64,000 nt of DNA from an uncultured Butyrivibrio sp. GTDB taxonomy: Bacteria; Bacillota; Clostridia; Lachnospirales; Lachnospiraceae. Location of the stretch: the NCBI GenBank assembly GCA_947168335.1, contig CAMVLM010000001.1, positions 36,997-100,996 on the forward strand, read 5' to 3'. Positions 50,279-60,153 of this stretch are shown piece by piece (within the stretch, counting starts at the first letter, position 1; each line of letters begins with the position of its first letter). The notes beneath the pieces were generated by a model that was not told where the DNA came from, ran no database searches, and worked only from the letters and a program-made list of their open reading frames with translations. A program made the translations under genes and the position numbers.

Positions 50279-51823
50279 ATGCTTTTTAATTCATTCAAAT
50301 TCATCTTAATATTTCTGCCCCTGGTACTTATAGGGTGGCATGGTTTAAATTACATTAATAGAGAGAAGCTGGCGGACATTTTTCTGGTAGCAGCTTCTCT
50401 GCTTTTTTATGGCCTTTTTTCCGTAGAATTTGTAGGAATTCTTCTTGTTTCATGCCTTGTAACATATATCATAAAATCATTAATTGTAAATTACAGAGAC
50501 AGCAATTTATCACGCCTCCTGATGGTTATAGGAGTTGTATTTAATGTCGGAGTTCTTGGGTATTTCAAATATACAAACTTTTTTATTGAGAATATAAATG
50601 CAGTTTTTGGAAAAGAGATAAAAAGCCTTGAACTGGCACTACCCATAGGAATAAGTTTTTATGTGTTTTCGCAGATTGCCTTTATTGTGGATATTTACAG
50701 GGAACAAAAAGAGGGACATCCGGGAATAAAGGATGAAGAAATACTGGGTAAAGTTACACCACTCGAATATCTTTTGTATATTACATACTTTCCAAAGATA
50801 ATTCAGGGACCAATTGCGCTTCCCTATGAAATAATAGGACAATTAAGAGGCATGGAATGCAGAAAGCCTGATGCAGTAAAATTCAGAAAAGGAATACAGC
50901 TGTTTATCATAGGTCTTTCAAAGAAGGTTCTCCTTGGTGATAACCTGTCCAAAATAGCTGATTACGGATTTAAGTACACTTACTACATGGACACCATAAC
51001 CGGAATTCTGGTACTTATCTCCTATGCCTTTCAGCTTTACTTCGATTTTTCAGGTTACTGTGATATGGCAGAAGGAATCAGTCTTATGATCGGGATTGAG
51101 CTTCCTCAGAATTTCAATTCTCCCTATAAGGCTATAAGTGTAAGAAATCTGTGGCAGAGATGGCATATGACACTTACTAGATTTTTCGTAAGATATATCT
51201 ACATTCCACTTGGAGGTTCCAGAAAAGGGAACTTCAGAACAGCAATTAATATACTAATTATTTTTATTATCAGTGGATTCTGGCATGGTGCTGGCTGGAC
51301 CTACATATGCTGGGGACTGATCATGGGAATACTTGTGGTATGGGACAATATCGGAATTGTTGCAGTTTCAGGTGATGTCAAAAAGAATTATCTGCTTACA
51401 AAGAAGCCTCTTTTGATAATTCCCAAGGTAATGGGACAGATTTTAACATTCGTTGCTTTCCTGATATCACTTGTATTTTTCAGATCTCAGGATATGACTT
51501 ATGCAATTCAGATGTTTAAGCAGTTCTTCTTTTTCACATGGCCGGGATTTATGTATAAAACTTCGGCAATGCTTGATATTTCAGAAAACTATATTCTGAT
51601 TACAGCGGCGAAGCTTTATGCCAATGGGTATCTGAATGCAATATATGTTGGAAGCTGGATAATACTTCTGATAGTATCAGCAATTGTTATGGCAGGTAAA
51701 AATACCAGACAGATAACAGAAAAAGAACCCGGAAAAGGACAGACAGCTCTTCTAGTGATTCTGTTTGCCTGGTCCTTCATTTCACTGTCACAGGTTAGTA
51801 CATTTATTTATTTCCAGTTCTGA
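50279..51823 (+). CDS. MBOAT family O-acyltransferase (AlgI/PatA/DltB-like)
   Basis: MLFNS, LPIGISFY, YFDFSGY, WQRWHMTL, SGFWHG catalytic His. Confidence 0.92.
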   Translation: MLFNSFKFILIFLPLVLIGWHGLNYINREKLADIFLVAASLLFYGLFSVEFVGILLVSCLVTYIIKSLIVNYRDSNLSRLLMVIGVVFNVGVLGYFKYTNFFIENINAVFGKEIKSLELALPIGISFYVFSQIAFIVDIYREQKEGHPGIKDEEILGKVTPLEYLLYITYFPKIIQGPIALPYEIIGQLRGMECRKPDAVKFRKGIQLFIIGLSKKVLLGDNLSKIADYGFKYTYYMDTITGILVLISYAFQLYFDFSGYCDMAEGISLMIGIELPQNFNSPYKAISVRNLWQRWHMTLTRFFVRYIYIPLGGSRKGNFRTAINILIIFIISGFWHGAGWTYICWGLIMGILVVWDNIGIVAVSGDVKKNYLLTKKPLLIIPKVMGQILTFVAFLISLVFFRSQDMTYAIQMFKQFFFFTWPGFMYKTSAMLDISENYILITAAKLYANGYLNAIYVGSWIILLIVSAIVMAGKNTRQITEKEPGKGQTALLVILFAWSFISLSQVSTFIYFQF

Positions 51824-51866
51824 ATAAAAAGCAGTAAACATAATAACTGCAGACTGAGGATATATT

Positions 51867-52958
51867 TTGACAGAAAAAACAAAAAGCTTAAATTTCATAA
51901 AAAAGTTCATATCTGCAGCCCTGATAGTCCTTATTCTTATAGGAACCATGGTTGTTCTGACAGATCCTTTTTATCATTATCACAAGCCATGGTTTGGGTT
52001 AAAGGCTGTGCTTAATGACAAGGAATATCAGTGCATCGGAACGCTCAGACACTTTGACTATGACGCATTGATCGTGGGATCATCTGTAGTTGAGAATAAT
52101 GATAATGACTGGTTTAACGAGGCTTATAACTGCAACAGTATCAAGGCAGTCCGTTCCTATGGTGCTACTGCTGATCTGTGCTATCTCATAGACGAAGCCT
52201 ACAAGTCTGACAACGAAATAAGTCAGATATTTTATAATATTGATCCGTCATCATTAAATGCGGATACAGAGTCGACATTCGAATCAACAGGCTGTCCGAT
52301 GTATCTTTATGATAACAATCCCTTTAATGATATTCAGTATCTTTTTAACAAGGGAGTTATCATGGAGAAAATCCCATACCTTTTGGTTAACTCCTACATT
52401 GCTGATTATGATGAGTCACTTTCATACAACTGGGCAAAGTGGAAAACATTCAATTCCCAGAGTATCCTGGGACTTTATTTCAGGTCAAAAGAGGTAAAGC
52501 CCATGCAGGATGAGAAAATTTACGAGGAGAAACTCCGCGGAAACATTGAACTTCTCACAAAGGAATTAGAGGCACATCCTGACACGAAGTTCTACTTCTA
52601 TTTTCCTGCTTATTCAATGCTCTGGTGGGATGGAATTTACAGAAATGGTGAGACTGCTGCTTATATCTATTCTGAAAAAGAGATGGTAAAAGCACTTCTA
52701 AAGTATGAAAATGCAGAGATCTACTGCTTCCAGAATGAACCTGAAGTGATAACAAATCTGGAAAACTATCTCGATACCATCCATTTTTCTCCTGAAATAA
52801 ACAAGCTTATGCTGGATCAGATGAAGGCAGGAGAATACCGTATGACTGAGGACAACTACGAGAAGATGCTTGATGAAATGAGTGCATTTTCAGATAAAAT
52901 CGTGACAGAGCTGGTTGTACCCTACGAGGAACAGGGATTATTTAACTATCAGGATTAA
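51867..52958 (+). CDS. Membrane-anchored SGNH-like protein (putative AlgJ/PatB-type acetyltransferase partner)
   Basis: TM-DPF, VGSSV, C-terminal DxxH (DTIH); directly after the MBOAT gene. Confidence 0.65.
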   Translation: MTEKTKSLNFIKKFISAALIVLILIGTMVVLTDPFYHYHKPWFGLKAVLNDKEYQCIGTLRHFDYDALIVGSSVVENNDNDWFNEAYNCNSIKAVRSYGATADLCYLIDEAYKSDNEISQIFYNIDPSSLNADTESTFESTGCPMYLYDNNPFNDIQYLFNKGVIMEKIPYLLVNSYIADYDESLSYNWAKWKTFNSQSILGLYFRSKEVKPMQDEKIYEEKLRGNIELLTKELEAHPDTKFYFYFPAYSMLWWDGIYRNGETAAYIYSEKEMVKALLKYENAEIYCFQNEPEVITNLENYLDTIHFSPEINKLMLDQMKAGEYRMTEDNYEKMLDEMSAFSDKIVTELVVPYEEQGLFNYQD

Positions 52959-52974
52959 TACGTGTGAGACTATT

Positions 52975-54465
52975 ATGAAGAAAAGAAGTATCTTATTTTC
53001 AATATCAGTAATTGTTTTTTTGCTTCTGGCAACAAGATCGTCTTTTCTCTACATCTGCAATAACTGGGATGATATAAACAGTTATTTCTCTGTGGGAAAA
53101 GCTCTTTTTAACGGCAGAATGCCATATCGTGATGTATTTGATCAAAAGGGAATGTACCTTTATTTCTTCTATGGTCTTGCCTATATGGTGTCACATAGCA
53201 CCTATGTTGGTGTTTTTTTGCTGGAGATCATCTTCGGTGTATTTGATGTGATCGGCTTTTATAAGATTCTGAAGCTTTATGTAAGCGATAAATATGCAAC
53301 TATTCTTGCACCACTCTCCTATGCAGTGATCGTTGTATCAAGGAGCTTCTGGTGGGGAGGAGCAGCCGAGGAGATATGCCTTCCCTTCTACATCTGGGGC
53401 ATGTTTATAATCCTTAACTACTTCAGAAACGAATACAGTAATAAAACAATGGGCTCCTGCAGCCTTCTTTTGGGCGGAGTTCTCGCAGGAATGGTAGCAA
53501 ATATTAAATTCACCGGACTTGGCTTTTTCTTTGCCTGGATGGCTTTGGTATGGGTTTCATTTCTTGTACACGGGGATTTTGTAAAAAGCATCAAAGCCTG
53601 TTTCATTTTTCTATTTGGAATGTTTATTCCTTTTATTTCATGGATACTCTATTTCGGTGCACAGGGCAGCCTTTATGAATGGTATTGGGGATACGTATAC
53701 ATTAATGTGTTCCTCTATCCTAACAGTGGAGATGGAGGGGCTATTCAAAAGCTTTATACTCTTGCAAAGATTCTATACTGGCTCATAAGGGAAAACTATC
53801 AGTACTTTGCTTTTGCCATAGCCGGTTTGGTATTTGTTCTTTTTGAAAAGGGACAGAAAATTATTTCAAGATTTGTAGTCCCTGTATTGTTCGGCTTTTT
53901 ATTTCTTGGAATATTCATAGGCGGAAGAACGCTTCCCTACTATTCTCTTCCCCTGTCGGTATTCTCAGTTTTCGGTTTTGCATTTGTGGGAAAAATACTT
54001 GAGAAAATTTTTAAGGGTGAAGCATTTGAATTTAGCAGGAAAAATGTGGGAATTTATCTTGTTTTCACAGCTGTCTTTACCTGTATGATTTATGCGCAGT
54101 CAATGAACATACCTTTTATGCGTGAGACAAAAGACAGCTACTTTATGTTCAGATTCAGGGACGAAGTCCTGGCAGAAAAGAATCCCACACTTCTTAACAT
54201 AGGATGTCTTGATGCAGGGCTTTATACACTTGCGGATATAGTTCCAAGCTGCAGATGGTTTCAGACCCAGACCCTTGATATTCCGGAAAAAGAAAATAAC
54301 CCCTACTCTGAGCAGGAACGCTACATCAAAGAGGGGTTAACAGAATTTGTATTAGCCAGGGATACTTACCCTGAAGTCATATTTGAAAACTATGAGCTGA
54401 TAGATCAGGCTTCATACAGCTACAGCGGATATGACTTTACATATTATCTTTTCAAAAAGAAGTAA
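52975..54465 (+). CDS. Polytopic membrane protein, GT-C-like glycosyltransferase
   Basis: Many TM segments; WDDINSY, PYRDVFDQKG, AEE motifs. Confidence 0.65.
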   Translation: MKKRSILFSISVIVFLLLATRSSFLYICNNWDDINSYFSVGKALFNGRMPYRDVFDQKGMYLYFFYGLAYMVSHSTYVGVFLLEIIFGVFDVIGFYKILKLYVSDKYATILAPLSYAVIVVSRSFWWGGAAEEICLPFYIWGMFIILNYFRNEYSNKTMGSCSLLLGGVLAGMVANIKFTGLGFFFAWMALVWVSFLVHGDFVKSIKACFIFLFGMFIPFISWILYFGAQGSLYEWYWGYVYINVFLYPNSGDGGAIQKLYTLAKILYWLIRENYQYFAFAIAGLVFVLFEKGQKIISRFVVPVLFGFLFLGIFIGGRTLPYYSLPLSVFSVFGFAFVGKILEKIFKGEAFEFSRKNVGIYLVFTAVFTCMIYAQSMNIPFMRETKDSYFMFRFRDEVLAEKNPTLLNIGCLDAGLYTLADIVPSCRWFQTQTLDIPEKENNPYSEQERYIKEGLTEFVLARDTYPEVIFENYELIDQASYSYSGYDFTYYLFKKK

Positions 54466-54468
54466 TTA

Positions 54469-55326
54469 TCAGTAGTTTACCATTTCATGGAACAGGTCGT
54501 AGGAATCCTGCAGGTGCTGTCTGATATTTGTAAAGTCCTTGTTAGCAATGGCTGTGTACAGGGTATCAACAAGGAAAAGCTGGGCAAATCTTGAGCTTGT
54601 TACACCGCTCTTCTTGTCAATTTCAGGGGAAGTGGTGAACATAACGTGATCACATCCCTGTGCAAGCGAGCTGTTGCCAAGCTTTGTAATTGCAACTGTG
54701 ACCGCACCTTTTTCTTTTGATATCTTAAGGAGCTGCATTATCTCCTCAGTCTTACCTGAATCGCATATAAATATGGCAACATCTCTGCTTTCAAGCTGAG
54801 CCGCATTCATAAGAGAATTATGGAAATCCTCATTAAAAGTAACATTGTAAGATAACCTCTGAAGCTTTGTAAAAAGATCATAGGCTGCCAGTCCACTGGA
54901 ACCTACACCGAAGATACGGATCATTCTCGCGCCGATAATGGCATCAACTGCGCCTTCAAATGACTTTGATTCGAAAAGCCTGTAGGTAGTCTGAATAGCC
55001 TGAGTACTTGTAGCGCAGATGTTATCAGCAATTGCCTGCATAGATGTGTACTGATCCACATCCTTAAATTCAATCTTAGGTCCGGGTTTTTCAGCATTGT
55101 TTGCAGAAGTAAAAAGCTCATGTTTCAGGCCCTTCAAACCGGTATATCCAAGAGACTTTGCAAATCTGCTCCAGGTAGCCTGGGTTGTTCCTGAATCATC
55201 AGCCAGTTGAGCAACGGTTTTATTAAAAATGCTGGCATCGTTTTTTAAACAATAATCAGCAGCCTTACGCTCTTCCCTTGTAAGGTTTGTATATACACTC
55301 TTAATTCTTTCTTCAAGGATAGTCAT
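54469..55326 (-). CDS. MurR/RpiR family transcriptional regulator
   Basis: LTREERKAADY...RFAKSLGY HTH; SIS domain FGVGSS, SGKTEE. Confidence 0.92.
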   Translation of the reverse strand: MTILEERIKSVYTNLTREERKAADYCLKNDASIFNKTVAQLADDSGTTQATWSRFAKSLGYTGLKGLKHELFTSANNAEKPGPKIEFKDVDQYTSMQAIADNICATSTQAIQTTYRLFESKSFEGAVDAIIGARMIRIFGVGSSGLAAYDLFTKLQRLSYNVTFNEDFHNSLMNAAQLESRDVAIFICDSGKTEEIMQLLKISKEKGAVTVAITKLGNSSLAQGCDHVMFTTSPEIDKKSGVTSSRFAQLFLVDTLYTAIANKDFTNIRQHLQDSYDLFHEMVNY

Positions 55327-55559
55327 TTAATTATCTCCAAATGTGAAAAAATTGTAAGAAACAGAAGGTGATAAATCGTAAATAAACATTATAGCTCTAA
55401 TGACATTATATCGCGAAACAGACAATTATTTTATTAAATAACAATAACATAAAGGTAACATTTATTAAAATTCTATAAAGGATATAATGTACAAAATTTA
55501 TTTGTTATACTTATAGAAAGGCAGAATTATTCTTATTATTGAAAGGAGATTTTCAAGAT

Positions 55560-56099
55560 ATGAAGTGGGTATGTGCAGTATGTGGTTATGTTCATGAAGG
55601 TGATACACCTCCGGCAGAGTGCCCGGTATGCCATGCGCCGGCAGAGAAATTTAACAAGCAGGAAGGTGATATGACCTGGGCTGCTGAGCATGTTGTTGGG
55701 GTAGCAAAGGGAGCTCCCGATGATATCATCGAAGACCTTCGCTCCAATTTTAACGGCGAATGCTCAGAAGTTGGTATGTACCTTGCAATGAGCCGTCAGG
55801 CTTATAGAGAAGGTTATCCCGAAGTTGGTGACTACTATGCAAAGGCTGCATGGGAAGAGGCAGAGCATGCTGCTAAGTTTGCCGAACTCCTTGGAGAAGT
55901 TCTTACAGACTCAACCAAGAAGAACCTCCAGATGCGTGTTGATGCAGAAAATGGTGCAACAGCAGGAAAGACAGACCTTGCAAAGCGTGCTAAGGCTCTT
56001 GATCTTGATGCTATCCATGACACAGTGCATGAAATGGCAAGGGATGAGGCAAGACACGGCAAGGCATTCAAGGGTCTTCTTGAAAGATATTTTAAGTAA
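55560..56099 (+). CDS. Reverse rubrerythrin (NADH peroxidase)
   Basis: N-terminal rubredoxin CxxC..CxxC, C-terminal diiron motifs EEAEH and DEARH; AAGGAG RBS. Confidence 0.92.
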   Translation: MKWVCAVCGYVHEGDTPPAECPVCHAPAEKFNKQEGDMTWAAEHVVGVAKGAPDDIIEDLRSNFNGECSEVGMYLAMSRQAYREGYPEVGDYYAKAAWEEAEHAAKFAELLGEVLTDSTKKNLQMRVDAENGATAGKTDLAKRAKALDLDAIHDTVHEMARDEARHGKAFKGLLERYFK

Positions 56100-56113
56100 T
56101 TAAAACAGAAATA

Positions 56114-56147
56114 TTAAAGGCACAAAGATTTTTCTTTGTGCCTTTAA
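56114..56147. terminator. Bidirectional terminator
   Basis: TTAAAGGCACAAAGA...TCTTTGTGCCTTTAA. Confidence 0.82.
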
Positions 56148-56168
56148 AAATGGATGAGATGCTAATAT

Positions 56169-57077
56169 TCAGAATAATCCTTTACTGAAATATCTGTCTC
56201 CTCTGTCAGGGAAAACAGTTACGATATTACCTTTACCGATTTCTTTTGCAAGCTTCAGTGATGCAGCAAGGGCAGCTCCTGATGATGAGCCTGCCAGGAT
56301 TCCTTCATTTTTTGCAAGTGTTCTTGAAGAGAAAAATGCTTCATCATCAGATATTTTTATAACCTTATCAATCAGGCTTACATCCATGGTATCTGCGATG
56401 AAATCATTTCCGATTCCCTCAATATTGTAATCTGCGTGTTCTCCGCCGCCTATGATTGAACCGTAGGGATCAGCGAGAACGCCTTTGATTTCAGGATTCT
56501 GTTCCTTGAGATATTTCATTACACCGGAGAAGGTACCGCCGCTTCCTGCTCCAGCAACGAAGTAGTCTATCTGACCATCCATCTGTCTGAAGATTTCAGG
56601 TCCTGTAGTTTCATAGTGTGCAAGAGGATTAGCAGGATTCTCAAACTGCTTTATTGCAATGGCTCCCGGGATTTCCTTTACAAGTTCTTCTGCTTTTTTA
56701 TCTGCACCAAGCATTCCGTCTTCTCTTGGTGTGCGTATTATTTCTGCTCCCAGAGCTTCCATTACTTTAATTTTTTCTGCAGAGAATTTCTCAGGTACTG
56801 CAAAAACGATTCTGTAACCTCTGTTGAGTGCTGCCAGAGCGATACCAATACCTGTATTTCCTGCGGTTGCTGCAACTATCGTGCCACCTTTTTTAAGAAG
56901 TCCCTTCTTTTCGGCATCATCAATCATGTATGTGCCAACTCTGTCTTTTACGCTTCCTGCCGGATTGTACAGCTCCAGCTTGGCAAAAATATTTACTCCT
57001 TCTTTTACTCCAAGATTCTCAAGCTTTAAAATGGGAGTGTTGCCAATCATCTCCCTGACATTCATATAAACTTCCAT
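56169..57077 (-). CDS. mccA: O-acetylserine-dependent cystathionine beta-synthase / cysteine synthase (MccA-like)
   Basis: GSVKDR PLP lysine, TAGNTGIG, GAGSGGT, IEGIG; paired with a gamma-lyase. Confidence 0.8.
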   Translation of the reverse strand: MEVYMNVREMIGNTPILKLENLGVKEGVNIFAKLELYNPAGSVKDRVGTYMIDDAEKKGLLKKGGTIVAATAGNTGIGIALAALNRGYRIVFAVPEKFSAEKIKVMEALGAEIIRTPREDGMLGADKKAEELVKEIPGAIAIKQFENPANPLAHYETTGPEIFRQMDGQIDYFVAGAGSGGTFSGVMKYLKEQNPEIKGVLADPYGSIIGGGEHADYNIEGIGNDFIADTMDVSLIDKVIKISDDEAFFSSRTLAKNEGILAGSSSGAALAASLKLAKEIGKGNIVTVFPDRGDRYFSKGLF

Positions 57078-57098
57078 AATTTAATCTCCTCAAATAAT

Positions 57099-58244
57099 TC
57101 AGATTGCGGAAGCTTCGATTGCCTGCTGGAGATCATTTATGATATCTTCACCATTTTCTATACCTACAGACAGTCTGATAAGCTCGTCCACAATTCCAAC
57201 CTCTGCTCTGATATCAGCGGGAATAGCCGCATGTGTCATGGATGCAGGGTGACAAACAAGTGATTCGACGCCTCCAAGGCTCTCTGCAAGGGTTACAAGT
57301 TTTAGTGATTTGAAAAACTTTTTGTAATCGTATTTTTTGTTAAGTACAAATGAGATCATTGCACCGGAGCCATCTGCCTGTTTTTTCTGGACATTATATC
57401 CGGGATCTGATTTCAATCCCGGGAAATAGATTTTTTCAGCATAACCGCTGTCAACAAGCCAGTCAGCTACTTTCTCTGCATTTGCAACGTGTCTGTCCAT
57501 TCTGACGCCCAGGGTTTTGATTCCTCTTATCATCAGAAAGCTGTCGAAGGGAGCAAGAACTCCGCCTATTGCATTCTGAAGATAATAGAGTCTGTCAGCG
57601 AGCTCCTTGTCATCTACTACCACAAAACCAGAGATAGTATCGCTGTGTCCTCCAAGATATTTGGTTCCGCTGTGGATAACGATATCAGCTCCAAGTTCAA
57701 TGGGTCTTTGCAGATAAGGAGTCATGAAGGTATTATCCACAATAAGAAGTTTGTTGTTCTTTTTGGAAATCTCAGCAACTGCTGCAATGTCAGTAACTGT
57801 AAGAAGCGGATTTGCAGGGCTCTCAACATAGATAGCTTTAACGTCATCGTCGAGGGCATCCTCAATCTGTTTAAGATCAGAAGTATCCACAATTACATAT
57901 GTGATTCCGAAATTCTTGAATACGTTATCAAGTATTCTGAAAGTTCCGCCGTAAATATTATCTGATACGATGAGCTTATCTCCTTCTTTGAAAAGGGAAA
58001 GAACCGTATTGATTGCAGCAAGACCTGATGCAAAAGCAAGACCGTATTTTCCATGCTCCAAGTCTGCAATAAGTTTTTCAAGGGCAGCTCTTGTGGGGTT
58101 ACCTGTTCTTGAGTACTCCCATCCTCTGTTTTCTCCAAGGCCGTCCTGCTTGTAGGTTGATGTCTGATAAATGGGAACGTTGACAGCTCCTGTTGTCTCG
58201 TCTCCATCTATGCCGCCATGTATAAGTAATGATTCTATTTTCAT
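57099..58244 (-). CDS. mccB: Cystathionine gamma-lyase (MccB-like)
   Basis: YSRTGNPTR, DNTFMTP, SGTKYLGGHSD, AESLGGVESL; GGAGGAG RBS before ATG 58244. Confidence 0.82.
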   Translation of the reverse strand: MKIESLLIHGGIDGDETTGAVNVPIYQTSTYKQDGLGENRGWEYSRTGNPTRAALEKLIADLEHGKYGLAFASGLAAINTVLSLFKEGDKLIVSDNIYGGTFRILDNVFKNFGITYVIVDTSDLKQIEDALDDDVKAIYVESPANPLLTVTDIAAVAEISKKNNKLLIVDNTFMTPYLQRPIELGADIVIHSGTKYLGGHSDTISGFVVVDDKELADRLYYLQNAIGGVLAPFDSFLMIRGIKTLGVRMDRHVANAEKVADWLVDSGYAEKIYFPGLKSDPGYNVQKKQADGSGAMISFVLNKKYDYKKFFKSLKLVTLAESLGGVESLVCHPASMTHAAIPADIRAEVGIVDELIRLSVGIENGEDIINDLQQAIEASAI

Positions 58245-58261
58245 AATGCTCCTCCATCTGG

Positions 58262-59188
58262 TCAATCCAGAATATTCTCCTTATACTTGGAGATTTCTTC
58301 TATATATTTCTGGCCCATTTCACTTATGATGGAATTCTTTCTGGAAATGTAGCCGATAGTCATCTTTTCATCTATATCAAGCTTAACTGCGCAGTAATCA
58401 TCGCCGTTTAAGTCCTCACAAAGAATGCCCGAACAGAGTGTATAGCCGTTAAGACCTTTTATCAGGTTAAGCATGGTTGCTCTGTCATCAGCTTTGATGG
58501 TCTTTTTATAAGCTCTTGTGCTGAGTACCTCTTCTGCGTAGTAAGCTGAATTGTATTCACCCTGGTCAAAACACAGACACGGATAATCATCGAGTTCTTC
58601 TAATTTAATCTTCTCTCCGGTCTTAAGCTTTTCAATAGCGAGGGGATTCTGCTTACTTAAGTAAGCGTAGATACTACAGTCAAAAAGCGGAGTAAATTCA
58701 ACACCCTGCTCAGAAAAGACCTTTGTAAGTACCTTCCTGTTGAAATCATTAAGATAAAGAATACCAAGCTCACTGTTCTGATTTCTGACATTCCATATTA
58801 CATCGTGAGTTTTGGTCTCTCTTACTTCGAATTCGTATTCGTCACAGCCGTATTGCTTAACCAGCTCGATAAATGCATTTACTGCGAAGGTATAGTGCTG
58901 CATTGAAACACCGAAGAACCTTTTTACTCCTTTTTTGGAAATGTACTTGGCATCAAGTATGTCATACTGTTCGATTACCGACTTGGCATAGCCAATGAAT
59001 TCGGCACCCTTGGTTGTGAGGCTCACACCACTCTTTGATCTTATAAATATATCGAAGCCAAGTTCGCTTTCCAGGGCATGCATTGCACCTGTAAGAGAAG
59101 GCTGAGATATGAAGAGTTTCTTAGCTGCCTCGTTTAATGAGTTTTCTTTTGATACTGAAATTGCGTAGTATAACTGGTTTAGTGTCAT
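58262..59188 (-). CDS. LysR regulator of sulfur amino-acid metabolism (CmbR/CysR/HomR-like)
   Basis: AAKKLFISQPSL HTH; SMQHYTF, DRATMLNL subfamily motifs; gene context. Confidence 0.9.
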   Translation of the reverse strand: MTLNQLYYAISVSKENSLNEAAKKLFISQPSLTGAMHALESELGFDIFIRSKSGVSLTTKGAEFIGYAKSVIEQYDILDAKYISKKGVKRFFGVSMQHYTFAVNAFIELVKQYGCDEYEFEVRETKTHDVIWNVRNQNSELGILYLNDFNRKVLTKVFSEQGVEFTPLFDCSIYAYLSKQNPLAIEKLKTGEKIKLEELDDYPCLCFDQGEYNSAYYAEEVLSTRAYKKTIKADDRATMLNLIKGLNGYTLCSGILCEDLNGDDYCAVKLDIDEKMTIGYISRKNSIISEMGQKYIEEISKYKENILD

Positions 59189-59237
59189 AATTTTTCTGCT
59201 TTCATAGTAATTTAGTAGGATTAGTAGTTATTGTAGT

Positions 59238-59343
59238 TATAATATATTCCTATAACATGATTGTCAACAGGGTAAAATTAATATTTTGTAATAGGTTAAA
59301 ACTATAACGCTCAATAACATTTTGAAATTAGACAGAGCCTATA
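59238..59343. promoter_or_regulatory. Three LysR operator palindromes plus the lysR promoter
   Basis: TATAA-N7-CTATA 59238, AATAG-N7-CTATA 59290, ATTAG-N7-CTATA 59327; TTGACA-N17-TATTAT on the minus strand (59239-59267). Confidence 0.7.
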
Positions 59344-59456
59344 ACCCGTCGTAATATCATAACCAACAAAGCACAAGCGCTTATGAAAAAAGACATGTCT
59401 TATCACAAAATTAAGAGAAGCGACGGAAGCTTCTAAAAGATATGGAGGATGAAAAA

Positions 59457-60011
59457 ATGGCAAGAATCAAATTACAGGAACTTGAAGAAACACAGGGAGC
59501 AGAAAGAGAACGTTATGAGGAACTGGCAGGAAGAAATGCCGTTACAAATATGAAGAAAGGCCTTTTAAATGATGCAGCTACTTATGATGCATACATGGCC
59601 TGGTACACATCATGGAACCGCCTGGTTGAAGTGATCGGTGAGAAGGACGCAATCCTTTATGCACATGCAATATCTACCACAAACTCATGCCAGTTGTGCT
59701 CACTTTTCTTTATTAGTGATGTAAAGGGACTTGGACTTGATCCTCATAATCTTCAGTATGATGAGAAAGAGGAAGTACTTACAACCCTTGGAAGACAGAT
59801 CGTTCAGGATCCCACAGATGTATCTGATGAGCTGTTTGATAAATTAAGAAAATTCTTTACTGATCAGGAGATAGTTGTAATTGTCGGATTTGCCGGTCAG
59901 ATGATTGCAACGAACAACTTTAACTCAGTCCTTAAGATAGATGTAGATAAGAGACTCCTTCCTATTATAGACGAGTTTAAGCCCGCAACCTGGAGAAAGA
60001 AAGTAGGCTGA
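59457..60011 (+). CDS. AhpD/carboxymuconolactone decarboxylase-like protein
   Basis: SCQLC CxxC, VSDELFDKLRKFFTDQEIV...NNFN; GGAGG RBS. Confidence 0.78.
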   Translation: MARIKLQELEETQGAERERYEELAGRNAVTNMKKGLLNDAATYDAYMAWYTSWNRLVEVIGEKDAILYAHAISTTNSCQLCSLFFISDVKGLGLDPHNLQYDEKEEVLTTLGRQIVQDPTDVSDELFDKLRKFFTDQEIVVIVGFAGQMIATNNFNSVLKIDVDKRLLPIIDEFKPATWRKKVG

Positions 60012-60046
60012 TTTTTCTCATTTGAAAATGAAAACCGTATGCCATT

Positions 60047-60090
60047 AAGGACAGATGGCCCTCATTTGGTCACCTGTCCTTTACTTTTTC
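60047..60090 (+). terminator. Terminator
   Basis: AAGGACAG..GGCC/GGTC..CTGTCCTT-TACTTTTT. Confidence 0.65.
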
Positions 60091-60095
60091 CAATT

Positions 60096-60116
60096 GTTAT
60101 AACTCAGGACTATAAC
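60096..60116. promoter_or_regulatory. LysR operator upstream of metN
   Basis: GTTATAACTCAGGACTATAAC. Confidence 0.65.
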
Positions 60117-60153
60117 AGGCAAGGAAGATAATGATAATAAGCAGGAGCATAAA

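Noticed and set aside
54469..55326. Orphan RpiR as part of a novel sugar system
   Set aside because: No adjacent PTS or catabolic genes; nothing supports more than an ordinary regulator
55327..55559. PerR/Fur box upstream of rubrerythrin
   Set aside because: Region is very AT-rich; only weak matches that cannot be told from background
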